From the NCBI GenBank assembly GCA_043228905.1, contig JBHGNT010000011.1:13640001-13704000 (forward strand): DNA of 64,000 bases, written 5' to 3'. The first letter of the stretch is position 1. Every line of letters begins with the position of its first letter. This DNA is from Azolla caroliniana. Its lineage: Eukaryota; Plantae; Polypodiophyta. A program made the translations under genes and the position numbers. This document shows, piece by piece, positions 1-13,266 of the stretch. The notes beneath the pieces were generated by a model. That model was not told the DNA's origin. It searched no databases and saw only the letters and a program-made list of their open reading frames with translations.

Positions 1-270
1 GTTCCCATGTGGCATCATCAATGGGTTTATCCATCCATTTGATCTTGTATAGCCGAATCTCTTTAGAACGTAAACGTTTAGTACGAGAATCAAGAATACG
101 TTCAAGAACATGAGGTTTGTAAGAAAAATCCTCTAATGTTACAAGATCTTGGATTGTGACGATGTTATCACCAAAGCCTAAAAATGGTTTTAGACAACTA
201 ACGTGAAAAACGGGATGAATACCAACGTTACGGGGTAAGGCAAGGTGATAAGTAGATGCCCCAACTCGCT
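1..270 (-). mobile_element. Ty3/gypsy integrase C-terminus with chromodomain (probably the distal part of element B; runs off the window edge)
   Basis: Minus-strand translation RVGASTYHLALPRNVGIHPVFHVSCLKPF...ERILDSRTKRLRSKEIRLYKIKWMDKPIDDATWE: the HPVFHVS motif followed by a chromodomain. Confidence 0.8.
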
Positions 271-3200
271 ATATCAACCCATACCATATATATAATTTAT
301 TTTTTGTATTACAATATATAACTTAATGGTAGGGCTTCAACTCATGTGACACCCCCCCCCCCCTTTATGACGATGAGTGTTATGAGGTGTCTTAGATGGA
401 GGACCTGGTTTGTCGGGATATTGTCGATGGAAGTCCTCAATAAGAGCTCGAGCATTTGCAACATTCTCAACTAGTTCCCAAGTACGCTCGCTTGCACTAT
501 AGCCTAGCCAATCAACCAAATACTCGAGCTTGTTGCGAACAATCTTGGAATCGAGGATGACATCAACTTTGTACTTTAGTCCTGCTTCAAGCTCGACCGG
601 GGATGGAGGTAGTATAATACGATTCGGAATATTGTTGTCTTGATAGGGTTCGAGAAGAGAACTATGAAAAACCGGATGTAACCATAGTTGCAGAGGTAGA
701 TCAAGACGAAAAGTGACATCATTAACTTTTCCGATAATACGGAAAGGACCTAATCGTCGATAATCGAATTTATTGCATGGTCGAGTAGTCTTGATGTGTC
801 GTCGTAATGGCCATACCCGATTTCCAATGTCAAAACATGATGGAAGCCGATGATGATCTGCATAAGCCTTCTGTGTTTGTTGAGCTTGATGTAAATGGGT
901 AGATAGGTTTGCCTGTATCTTGCGTAGCCGCTCCAAATGATCCTCTGCACGAGGATTTGTGGGTAACTCCAAAGTTTCGAATACACACCATCGAGGATGA
1001 TAGCCTGTATAAGCATAAAATGGTGTAACCTTAGTCAATGAGTGGATAGAGTTATTATAAGAAAATTTGGCAAATCGAAAAATATCCACCCAATCATCTT
1101 GTTGATAGCTTAGAAAAAACACCGAAGATAATGTTCCAACGTTTGATTTGTTTGTTTTGCTTGTCCGTCTGTTTGAGGGTGATAGCCGAAGGAGAGGTTA
1201 CAAGTGACCTTGAGCAATTTGAAGAGATGCTTCCAGAATTTCGAGATGAATTGAGGTCCACGATTGTTGATGATACTATCTGAGAGGCCATGATGCCGAA
1301 ATACCTCACGCATGACAATTTCAGCGGTTTCTTCACTAGTGATTGTCTTAGTACACGGCAAAAAATGTGTCATCTTAATATATGGATCTACTATTGTTAA
1401 GATCGCATCGAATCCCTTTGAAGTTGAAAGATTTGTAATAAAATCTAGAGAAATGGACTGCCACGGCTTGCTTGGAATTGGTAATGGTTCCAATAAACCA
1501 TATGGATGATGCCTTGGCATCTTTGCTCTGCAACATGTATCACATGTCTGGACATAGACTTTGACAAATCATCGCATATGAGGCCACCAAAATGATCGTT
1601 GTACTAAATCCAACGTTTTAGTACTACCAAAATGTCTAGCTCTATATGTGTTGTGAAAATTTTGGACTACCCGAAGGCGACAAGAACCATTGGGAACATA
1701 CAAGAGTTTCTTAAAGAATAGTAATCCATCATGACATTCGAATTGTCAATAGTCCGTACTTCATTGTTGCGATTGTGAACAGGTTGCCCGCGAGGGATCA
1801 ATTTGAGTTAGAATGGCTTGAGCGAAAGCGTCTGTCTTCAAGTCTTCACGTACAGTCTCGATAATGCAGGAATCCAATGGAGTGTCAAAAACCCACGGCT
1901 TGCAGTTGTGCTGGTCCTAGGATGACTTGCTTTTGATTATCGAATGTTGGATCACCGGGACGAGGTGCTAGATATGAGCGCCGCGATAATGCATCTGCCT
2001 TCCCTTGCTACGTCCCAGGACAATATATAATTTTGAAGTCGAAACAAGTGAGGAATTGGGCCCACCGAGCTTGTCGTCGATTTAATACACGAGCATTCTG
2101 AAAATAGGCAAGGTTTTTGTGATCACTGAATACGATGACTTGATGAGAAGATCCCTCTAAAAAATGTCTCCATTGTGCAAAAGAGTCCACTATTGCCAAT
2201 AGCTCCTTATCATGTATCTCGTAGTTGATTTCGGCGACGTTAAACTTGCGCAACTGAAAAGCCACAGCATGTAGTTTTTCATCATCGCCTTGTTGTGAGA
2301 GAATGCTACCAAGGGTGAAATCTGATGCACCTGCGTCCATGATGAACAGTTTTTTCGGATCAACATGAACTAAAATAGGAGCTGATGCAAATGCTTTCTT
2401 AAGACTTACAAAAGCCATGTCCGCTTCCTTAGACCAAACAAACGACTGCCCCTTCTTGGTAAGCTGTGTGAGAGACAAAATAAGCTTTGAGTAGTCTTTG
2501 TATAAACTTGCGGTAGAAATTTGTGAAGCCTAAAAAACATTGCACATCTCTCGCAATGAATGGGGAGTCTGCCACTCTACCACAATTTTGACCTTAGATG
2601 GATCCATAGAAATGCCTTCCGAGGAGATGACATAGCCTAGAAATTCCACTTGGTTGCACTCAAAACCACATTTTTCTTGTTTTGCATAAAGACTATGTTC
2701 TCGAAGTCGTTTTAGTACTAATAGTACATGAGATTCATGCTCTTCTTGAGTCTTCGAATAAACTAGTAGATCATCCAAATAGATGATCAAACAGATATCC
2801 AAGAGATCTCGAAATATATCATTTTCCATGTGCTAGAAGACTGTTGGCGCATTGGTGAGACCAAATGGCATAACCGTATACACGAAGTGCCCGTATTGAG
2901 TGCGAAAAGCGGTCTTCCATTCATCTCCCGATCGGATCCATATGAGGTTATATGTGCCTCATAAGTCGAAATTTGTGAAGAACTTTGCACCATTAATCCG
3001 TTCTAAAAGACTCGAGATAAGGGGAAGTGCATACCTATTCCTGATGGTGACCTTATTCAAGCCATGATAATCCACAACGAGACGAAGTGATCCATCCTCT
3101 TTCTTGACAAAGAAAATGGGTATGCTGGAGATTTCGAATGTCGAATGAACCTGTATGCCCAATTCTCCTCTATGTAGGCTCGAAGGACTTCTAGCTCGGT

Positions 3201-3897
3201 TGGTGACAAGTTGTAGATCGGTTCCCATGCTGGCTCTTTTCCTGGTTGTAAATCAATGAGACAATCATAAGGTCGATGGTGAGGAAGAGTATTGGCTTGT
3301 ACCTTATCAAACACGTCGACATAATGACGATACTTCTTTGGAAGTTGAACTATGGATTCCTCTTTAGTGGTGTTGGAAGGTTTCACTGATACTGTGAATA
3401 CAAACATTGATTCCTTGCGTCCTTCCTCATGTAGTTGATGTAGCGAAATGGTTGAAACCTTATGAGTAGATTCTTGAGGTTGTTGATACCGGATTTCTCT
3501 TGTTCTCCAATCTATGTCCGGATTGTGTAACTTGAACCATGGTAACCCCAAAACAATGGGATGTTTTGGACTACTAATTATATTGAATGATACTACACAT
3601 GCCAAATTATCTAGGACAACACTAATTGGCTCTGACTCTTCTACGATATTTCCAGAAGCAATGGGGCGACCATCAATGACTACTACAGAGGCTGGGCAAA
3701 GGGAGTTTTCTTAAGGATATTTGATGAGCTTGGGCAAAATTCTTATCCATGAAGCAAGAATTAGCTCTGGAATCTAGGAGTGCTAAGACATGTACTAGAG
3801 GAGTACTTTTAGTATTAATTGTTACTTGAGCTAGGAAGACATTGCTTACTTGCTTAGAGCAAATGGAACCACTAATGGGTTGCACAGATCTAGGGTT

Positions 3898-3942
3898 GTC
3901 CAACCAAACAACTCCAATTTTGGTTGGACTTAGTCGTTTAAC
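3898..3942 (-). promoter_or_regulatory. Putative -1 ribosomal frameshift signal at the gag/pol junction of element A
   Basis: Minus strand reads G_TTA_AAC, a 6-nt spacer GACTAA containing the gag stop, then a perfect 11-bp stem GTCCAACCAAA/TTTGGTTGGAC. Pol is in the -1 frame. Confidence 0.75.
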
Positions 3943-5151
3943 TCTTCTTCTAGTTGAGTAAGGACTTCAAATTTGTTTGATAGGCTTGGGCTATTAGAAC
4001 TATCAGAAACTCCTAATGAAATAGACTCGGGCTTAATACTATTAGTACTAGTGCCTATTTGATTTACTTGTCTTCTTGGCCTATGGGGACAGTTTACTGC
4101 AATATGCCTCGGTCCACCGCAATAAAGACATAGTCGATTTGCTCGGGTCACTGCTTTTCCTCTTCCGATAACGGTCCGCGACGACGTGTAGTGTCAATGT
4201 CCATCGGGGTTGGAGTATTTGCTAGAGACGCATTATATGACTCCCTTACAAATGGTTTTGCTACAATTGAGGCATATGTAGGCTTTGACCTTGTTCTTGC
4301 ATTTGTAATTGACGTTCCAAACGTCATTCGAAAAGTCTGTTATCGCACACACCGCTCGACTGATTGCCTCTATGAGCGACTTTGGTTCTTCAGGAAAAGT
4401 CAGGAGTAAATCTTTGACATCATTTTGAAGGCCATATCGAAACTACTCCATCAATGTTAGATCATCCCAGGGAATATCGGTGGTGAGTAGACGAAATCCG
4501 CAGCATAGGTTGAGGCTAGACGATCACCTTTATGCAATCTTCGGATTTTATTGATTGTCATCCTAATGTTATCGATGTCCCCGAAACAGGCTTTAAACTC
4601 GCTAATAAATTCCTCAAATTTATTTAACAATGGAGATCTTTGTTCTAATAAAGGTGTGAACCATGCCAAAGCTGGGCCACTAAGCAACATGCCTACTAAT
4701 CCTAGTCGTGATACATCGGTGGGATATCGGGAAGGATGCATTTGAACCATGAGACATACCTGATTAAGGAATCCTCTTAATTGTGATCGCGTTCCGTCGA
4801 ATTTTGTAGGAAGACCGATATTGGGTTCTTTATGAATTCCTTCAGTACTTGGTCCTTGTTGTTGCAAGGACACAATGGTTGCTTCAAGTTGTTGTACAGT
4901 AGCGCCAACTCTCCGTGTTGTTGTTGCGTTTGTTGCTTCTCTAGAGAGATTTGTTGAAGATCCCCCAACAACAGTTGATTTTCCTGTTCTAGTGCTACGA
5001 ACTTTTCTTTCAAGCACTACAACTCCGAGAGGACAAGTTGGTATTCTTGAGCGCTAATAATTGCCATAGTATTGGAGGAAGGAAGGATAAGAAGATTTGT
5101 ATGAAGGGAATGAGGGATACGAAGATGAGAATGAAGCAATTCTGTTCAAAC

Positions 5152-5545
5152 TGTGAGGAATAGTACTAAGACAAAGAGGGAATTAGTACTAGAGATGAGG
5201 TTTAGTACTAAGAGGAAAAGAGGGTGTAGAATTCTCGAGAGAAGAAGAGAGAGAGAGAGAATGATGATAACAAACGATATATTATATTATATGAAGAGAA
5301 TATACAAGAACAACTAGAAGGCTTAAGACTGGTGTTGAACCGAATTGGTTCTCAATAATGCCATGTGCATCTTTTTATAGTATGCTTAGGAATACTCTTG
5401 ACATTTCTAGAATGTTCTAGAGAAGTTTAGAATATACATGGTTTTCCTAAGTGAAATAATAAATAGAAATAATATTCTTTATATTATAATATATAGCTTA
5501 ATGGTAGGGTTTCAACCCATGCGACACAAAGTCATGGGTTCAAAT
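5152..5545 (-). repeat. 5' LTR of element A
   Basis: Homologous to the LTRs of element F (31035-31493, 36793-37201). Its U5 end is CA on minus at 5152, and TATAAAA lies on minus at ~5372-5379. Confidence 0.88.
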
Positions 5546-8500
5546 TTTGGTAAATCTGGAACACAAACCTTTGCACTATGATAGAGCAAACCGTTTGTAA
5601 TGTGAAAGGTCACCTTCGAGGGTAGGGTGCGAGTAACGACATCTAAACTAGATTCGGCTTTCATCCAGTATTTCGAGAAATAATTGTCATCAAGATATTT
5701 CCCTCGAAGGTGATCTAAAATATCAGATTTTATTTCCGTGAAGCTAAGCATGTTAACTTCTTTAATGCGACTAAGAGCATATGCAACGGTGTTCATAGAA
5801 CCCTTGGGATATTGTATGGAAAAATCAAAATCTTGTAGAAGGTCAACCCAATGACCTTTACGACCAACAAGATCTTGTCGATCACAAAAATACTTCAAGG
5901 ATTGATGGTCTGTTGTAACCACAAATTGATTTCCATGGAGATAATGCCTCCATGGTTTTAGTGCATATATTATCGCGAACAACTCTTTCTCTTGAACCGA
6001 ATACCGAGATTGAGTAGCATCAAGCTTTTTACTTTCAAAAGCAATAGGGTGACCGCCTTGATACAGGACGACACCAATAGCATAATCATTAGCATCGATT
6101 TCGATTGAGAAAGGCTGGGAAGGCTCCAGTAATAGAAGAGTTGGAGCCTGACACACATGCGCTTTGAGTGTCTCAAATGATTTGTCAAGTTGTTCATTCC
6201 ATGAAATTGGTTTGATAGGCTTACGTGGATGACCTTTTAAAAGGTCAGTTAATGGCGTAGTCAATTTAGAATAATTACAAATTGATTTTCGTAAAAATCC
6301 AACAAATCCTAAGAATGATCGAAGTTCACGAATATTACGAGGAATGGGCCAAAGTTTAACCTTTTCAATAGGAGAAGGTTCAATTTTAACACCATTTTTC
6401 GTAATTAAATGACCTAGTACACAATAGATTTTTGGAAAAAAACACATTTTGAATATTTTGCATAAAACGAGTTGTCACGCAACTTTTGCAAAACAAATCA
6501 AACAACTTGAACATGATCTTGCAAGGTACGGCTATATATGAGAATATCATCCAAGAAGACAACAACAAAATCACCGAGTTGATATCAGAAAACATCATTC
6601 ATCGCTTGTTGGAATGTGGTTGGAGCATTAGTCAACCCAAAAGGCATGACTAAAAAATCATGGTGCCCATAGCACGTATGAAAAGCGGGTTTAGGAATAT
6701 CATCCTCGACAATGCAAATCTGATGATAACTTGTTCGTAAGTCAATTTTCGTAAAATATCGGGCCCCATGCAAACGATCAATCAAATCATCGACATGAGG
6801 TAACGAATATGTATTTTTAATTGTCATTTTCTTCAAATGACGATAATTGATACACATTTGCCATGAACCTTCCTTCTTCTTAACTAAAAGAACTGGCGCA
6901 CCCCAAGGTGATTTACTATACCTAATGTGACCCATATTCAAGTATTCCTTAATTTGTTTTGTGATCTCATCCTCTTCTAATCGACTAAGTTGATAAGGTA
7001 GAATGCTGCTAGGAGCAACACCAGGGATGAGTTCAATTTGGTGGTCCACATTACGTTTTGGTGGTAAAGTAAGCGGCAATTCGTTAGGAAACACGTATTG
7101 AAAATTGTCTAAAATAGAGTCGAGTAATTGTCGTTCATAATCTGGTAATTGCGTGGCATCAAGATTAAAATAATAAAATTGAAGCGCGGGATCAATTACA
7201 CATGAATAAATTGATGAACTAGAATACTCACTTAAAGATTTAGAAGGCACAAGTGAACGAGAAGGAAGTTTGGAACATTGAATAAAATGTTTACAATTAT
7301 TAAGTTCAAATGTGATTAAACCAATCAATGGACAAAGAAGGGTTTTTATTAAAAAACCAAGGGTATCCTAAAATAACATCTGTGGATTGTAGTTTCATAA
7401 CATGAAAGTTTAGCTTCTCCAGATAGGTATCTATTTGAATTGGCAGTTGACAAACAATGCCACTGATGTATTGAACGCCTCCATTTGCCATGTGAACTTG
7501 ATAGATATGATCACTTGCGTTTATGTGGAGTTGCGTTTGCTACACCAAGTGATCATTAAGAAAATTGTGAGAACTACCAGAAGCAAATAAGGAATGTGCT
7601 TGTGTTCCATTGATATACCTGACTGCTCAGAGTAAATCATTAGGTCCAAGTAAATGTGAAGGAAAAGTGCATTCACATGAACTTAAGTGGTTGGTATAAA
7701 CTTCAATAACATCAAAAGACTCACATGTGTGACTCGTAGATTTGTCTTGAGGAGGGGTGTTCATTGACTTCCTCTCAAGACGACGACTAGTATCTTTTGT
7801 GTGGTCCCGCTTCTTGCAATATGCACAGAAGAGGTTCGGTTTCTTTGAGTCGCGGTCAAGAGTGTCACTAGATTGCTTATGTTTCCCAATGAACTTGACA
7901 TTTAGAGTTTTGGCGAACTCAGGTTTATTATGGTCTCTCTTGGAAGTCCTATGGTACTGAAGTACAATGTTGACGGCTTCGTCAAAAGTTGTTGGGTCCT
8001 TGTCATGGACAATCCAATGGTAATCCCCATTGGGAATACCATTCAAAAAACAAGCAACAAACCATTTAGTCACCCGTAAGTCCCAATTTTTGGACCTGGG
8101 TCCGAGCATGATGCACATAATCCTCGAGAGAGGTAAATGGCTTGCCTGACAACATGAGCAAGTTGTGCACTTGTTCAGTTTGAAAAGGTGGTTACAAGAA
8201 CTTTTTCTTAAAAACGTCGACGATACCTTCCCAAGTTGTGGGTAAGTTCTTTGCAGTCCTTAGGGCGTGCCACCAAGCATCAGCTCGGCCACCTAACTCA
8301 CAACCGACATAACCAATTTTTACAGCATCGGGCTTGGGATGGAGCTCAAAGTGAGACTCCCAACGCCTAAGCAAAGTGATCATTGCCTCCTCGGTTCTTT
8401 CTTTCTTATCTCCCTTGAATGGTGTGACTACGAAAGAAGGTTAACCTTCTTTCTTGGACTCAATAGTCAATTCTTGGAATTTCTTTTCCAAAGCCATATT

Positions 8501-9757
8501 GGCTTGCCTCATTTCGGCCAATTGATTCAAGGTAGTAGTGAGCAATTGCTCAATAGTGATCTCAGCTTGTGTGCGAGATGCAGATTGGAGTTGAGAGGTC
8601 TCGGTCAGAGAGATCACTCCAACAGTGTTCAAAACTTGTTCCATGATGCAAGTTGTGTGTACGCAATATAAATAAGGAGGTTTAGAAAATACACAACCAA
8701 AATGAATGCTTGAAATTTTGATTGGAAGAGCTTTATCCAAGAAAGCATCTCACGTCTTTACCCCTCTAGACATATGAGATGTGATTCAAGATCCGATAAC
8801 TATGGTAACACTATGGTGTTTTAAAAAACATGGAGGAAAACATAGCAACGATGGCTTTCTCGGATCTCTTTCTTGAATAATCATGGCGGCTCCCCGAGGC
8901 TCAACCATGGTTCTATCATCAATGTAATTTCCTAGTTAGCCTTATATTAAAATGCCAACTCAGCATGTATTCATATGGTCGAGAAAGTGTATTACGTGCA
9001 AAAACAAGTGCACTCGCAAGTAATATTCTAGTCTTGCGAGTGGCAAGCAGATGTTATGAAAAAAAGAGGAAAATAAGTCACTACTTATAAGAGTCAAGAA
9101 GTGACGAAATCAAGGTTCAAAAACCATGTGTTGTCTACTAAACAAAAATACCACAAATAAATGGATGGTGCGAGGTATGCACATATCCATCCCAATATGG
9201 TGGTTGTAATGTGCACAATTGTTACATAAGCCACAAGTTGATACAAGTGGTGGTGGTGTTGTGCGCAAAGATGTAGTACTCAAATCTATGAGTAAAACAT
9301 CATTAGGGGAACTCATGTGGTTTTACTCAAGTTCTAAAGCTCGATAATATGAGTTAAACCTTGATGACCCATTGGAAAAATTTGTCTAAAAAAGCAGCAT
9401 GATGCCCACTCAATATGAAAAAATAGTTTACATGGAAGCGTTACATCATAGGTAAACACACATAAATACTTTAAACATGAAAAGTAAGGGTAAAAATAAG
9501 AGAGTAAAGTGTGAGTGGGTAGATTACAATCACAAGAAAATCTTAAGAAAGCGGGAAGATAACTTGTGTAATTAGAAAATAGGTATCTGAATAATAATCA
9601 ATTAGGTGTATGAAACATTAAGCATGCCATAAGGTAAGAAACCCTAGGGTAATCGACATGCACCTCCTCAAGTGATGTCTCAATAGAGAGTAGAGTGGCA
9701 TAGGTAGGCAACATAGATCTCGTCAAGGCCACAACATTCCATAGAATCGACTAAGTG

Positions 9758-9990
9758 ATGGCTCAATAAAGGGAAGGGTGGCATCCTCAACATCATATGC
9801 AAAAGGGCCATGAGGTGAGCATGTGCGATTAGGGCAAACATGCCCAATCCGATGCACAAGAATAATTATTATTGTAAGAGATGGCTCAGGAGAGGGGAGA
9901 GTGGGAGATACATCGCAATATGCAAAAGGGCTATGAGTTGAGCGTGTGCAATTAGTGCAAACACGCTCGGCCCGATGCACAATAATAATT
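9758..9990. repeat. Two-copy ~120 bp tandem duplication in the leader of element B
   Basis: GATGGCTCA...ATATGCAAAAGGGC...CCGATGCACAA.AATAATTA occurs at ~9758-9870 and ~9880-9990. Confidence 0.8.
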
Positions 9991-10226
9991 AAAATCATAG
10001 CACAGTAGAAAGAAGAAAGAAAGAAAAGGAAACACAATACAAATTTGATTCGACCAAGAAGAACGCATCATAGAAAAGGAGAGAGAGATCGAGAAAGAAG
10101 AATATCAGGTTAAGAATGTTGTTTTGACCTTGTGAAGAGCATGACGAGCCTTGTTAGATCCCCATCGCACACGCAAAAAACATCAAAACAACAAAAAAAA
10201 AATGTTAGTAAATGTTGTGATACCAT

Positions 10227-10712
10227 TGTTAAGAGTCTATTACTAATCAATGGACCAAAATAAAGTAAAAAGAAGGAAAATAGATTGGATAGAAGAACCC
10301 GTTCCACCCTACCACCCCTGAGCTATGATCTAGACATAGCCAACCTACCACCGATGTCCCATACCACCAGATATTAGGATGACTAATACCTTGGAAGAGA
10401 TAAACGCGATCGTCGAGACGAAGGCCTAGCTCGCACCACCGGTGTCTAAGACAACAATCTTCCGACGTAATGTGCTTATGAGGGTAGCTAAGCCTCATAT
10501 TTATACCTTTTCCTAGGCCCCTTGAATAGATGTGCCTTTCTAAAAGGCTCTCCATTCATTCGTTGTCCAAATCATGATAGTGCATGCACCTATCATTCCT
10601 TCTATCAAATCATATTAGTCCCCTTTTTAACATTAGTGAACGTACCCTTCACTTATGTAAATATTAGTGACCTACCCTCACCTACGTTATGTGTACATAA
10701 CAGGACATAACA
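10227..10712 (-). repeat. 5' LTR of element B (right boundary 10702 or 10712)
   Basis: TGTTA...TAACA termini, adjacent PBS at 10218-10225, and TATAAATA on minus at ~10498-10505. The partner LTR is outside the window. Confidence 0.7.
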
Positions 10713-12721
10713 CTTACACAATGTATAAACGCAATGCTTCGCAAAGCACGTTCACAAGTAATATATTGTTTACAAACTTGTGTTTGTTGCACTGGATCTA
10801 GAGTGTGAAAGAAAAGAAGAGCCCTAATGTGGGCTTTGTTTGCTTTCCTATAATTTGGCACATAAACATTCAATTTCACAAGTTTCACTATCCAAAATAT
10901 CTCTATCAAAGGTAAAATTCTATTTGTGTTTCCCTTTTAGTTTATTACAAGGGCTTAGAAAACATTTGCATAGTCTTTAGATTATACTCATTTTTACTTT
11001 ACAAACATTGTTTGGGATAAAACTTTCAATAAGTCACGTGTATCTTAGCATGACTTTACAAGCTACATATGTAAACCTTGAAACATACTGTCACAAAACA
11101 AAATTCGGTTAGGCTTGCATGCATATTCTTCAATGGGTTGTTCCATGCACCAATAAAAATGACTAAATATCACAAGACTTCAAGGGAGGAATTAAATATG
11201 AATGGATGCAACAAGGCGTGAATAAAGAAACTAAAAATGATCGGATGTATGGGAACACCAATTTCCATGTGGGAAAATCAAGATAGATGATCATACATGG
11301 GGACGATTACAACAAGAAACCCAAAACATCATGATGTAACCAAACTTGGAATGAGAAACTAAAGGAATCAACTATAGGAGGACTCTTCGAGCAATAAAAT
11401 AAACATGATTGGATATATTAAGTTTTGAAGGTCATAACACCCTCCCAAAAGGGTGTTGCTCCCTTATCCAAGAAGGGTGGATGTTAATGATGTAGGTAGA
11501 ATGTCACACAAAAGATTGACTAATAAATTGAGGCCTTTACAACAAAAAGCACATGTAAACAAATAATTTTTGTATGCATGTATGATGTGTATATCACCAA
11601 AATATGCCTTATATATATTAGGGCTTCAAAAAGGATGCTCAGTTATTTTCAAGACTACGTCTATATACATCTATATGTTTAGTCAACCTCAAGGCTCTTG
11701 ATGTGGATGTTATAATGTCATTTCATTGTGAGTATGTAACAAACACAACACCATACCCATCGCTTGAGACATTTTTGAGACAGGTTATATAATGCAAAGC
11801 ATAGCATGAACCATACTATGCTTGAGCAGAAGAATGTTTGTATTACGTTCTATGATGCAAAGCACAAGACATACCACTACACTTTTCCTTGAAAGATTTT
11901 CTTCAATAGTATTAAAACATCGAGAAAGTACAAGTAAAAGTTATCTGCTCGTAGGCTTACAACGTACTGTATGTACACTACACTTGAAAGGGCCAAGCTT
12001 ATTATACATTTTGGACTCTAGGATATTTGATAACGTAATTGTGCGTGAAAGGGCCAGACTCTTGTACTGCGCTTTCACACATAATGTCTTGATTCTCTTC
12101 ATTTAGCTTGAGTTCAACAAAATCAAGAAAACTACATATTTTTTTAGAGTTAACACACACACACACACACAAAGTAGCCATTATATATGTATATACACAA
12201 AACACATGCACACACATGTAAGTTTTATAACATGTATTTACATGTGTGTGCGTGTACAATTACACAATGTTTTCAAAAACATATACAAAAGTAGGTAGTC
12301 CTGCCATGTGCGTAAAAATACCTTGGAGATACTCCTAGTAAAATCATCTATGTGCGTGTGGGTTCCCAAGCCTTGGGGAGATCAAAATTTCTAGAAAGGA
12401 TTTATTTATTTATTATTGCGGATCGCGGATCACTTTTCCGAACTTCGTCCTCATCAGTGTTTGTGTTTGTTGCTCACGTTGAACGCAATCGTTTCATGTG
12501 AGGAGCTTTGTAACCATCGATTGTAGTGCATGGGTGCGCGTGTAAACAACATGACAACATTACATCATGCTTTTCCGATATATAAAAATATATATGTACA
12601 TATATAGAGGCAGTCAATTGTAACTTGTAACTACTAGCATGTACGCACGCACGCACGATGATTAGGATCTCGAAACAAAAATGCACACGAAAACGTGTTA
12701 TAACTTCTGTTATTCCTTCAG

Positions 12722-12723
<2 letters not shown>

Positions 12724-12795
<72 letters not shown>

Positions 12796-13266
12796 ATGTA
12801 TCAATCTGAATCAATTGTATCTATCTATCTTATCCATCTAACTTATCTATCTATCTATCTATCTAATCTATTTGTTTGCCTGTATGTCTGTCTATCTATC
12901 GGCACACACAACTATGACTACGCAATAGATTCCGGAATCCGGGAGGGAGGCACTTATACGAGAGACTACCCTAAACCCGCAAGAGGCATCTGAATCCCCT
13001 TCCTTTCGTTTTCGTGGGACACACATCATGTATGTATATGTATAATGTATATGTGTACGTATACGTATATTTATCACGTATGTATACGTATACGTATACG
13101 TATACGTATATCTCAACTCCGCACGATATATGGACGGGTCTCCATCCGAAACAGTTGTTAGTTAGGCTTAGCTATTATTAGCCATCGCCATCGCCATCGC
13201 CATCTCACACAGACAGACCGACAGACAGACAGACAGATAGACAGACAGATAGACAGACAGACAGAC
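12724..13266. repeat. Microsatellite cluster upstream of UPS: (CT)n 12724-12788, (ATCT)n, (TACGTA)n ~13085-13108, (GCCATC)n 13181-13204, (CAGA)n 13210-13266
   Basis: Directly visible simple repeats in the likely promoter/5' UTR. Confidence 0.9.

Larger units (their letters stand above)
285..5545 (-). mobile_element. Element A: degenerate Tcn1-like chromoviral Ty3/gypsy LTR retrotransposon with both outer ends truncated
   Basis: Domain order on minus is gag (ATG 5067, stop 3930-3932, KFDGTRSQ and CLYCGGPRHIAVNC knuckle), protease (LLDSRANSCF), RT (YLDD), RNase H (DFTLGSILSQ, FSDHKNL), integrase (ISLDFIT, HPQTDGQ), chromodomain. Many frameshifts and stops. The 5' LTR is 5152-~5545, the 3' LTR remnant ~285-351, and the PPT is the C-run at 352-363. 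No TSD found. Confidence 0.93.
5546..10712 (-). mobile_element. Element B: degenerate chromoviral Ty3/gypsy retrotransposon (5' LTR, leader, gag, PR, RT, RNase H)
   Basis: Gag at ~8670-7630 (ADAWW, CAYCKKRDHTKDT), protease remnant ~7600-7300, RT 7328-6400 ([22 protein letters not shown]), RNase H 6447-5700 (DANDYAIGVVL, TDHQSL). tRNA-iMet-type PBS TGGTATCA on minus at 10218-10225. The integrase core is missing at the junction with A. Confidence 0.88.

Noticed and set aside
5490-5550. Functional tRNA gene
   Set aside because: No acceptor stem or anticodon arm can be built and it lies inside an LTR; kept only as a tRNA-like box finding.
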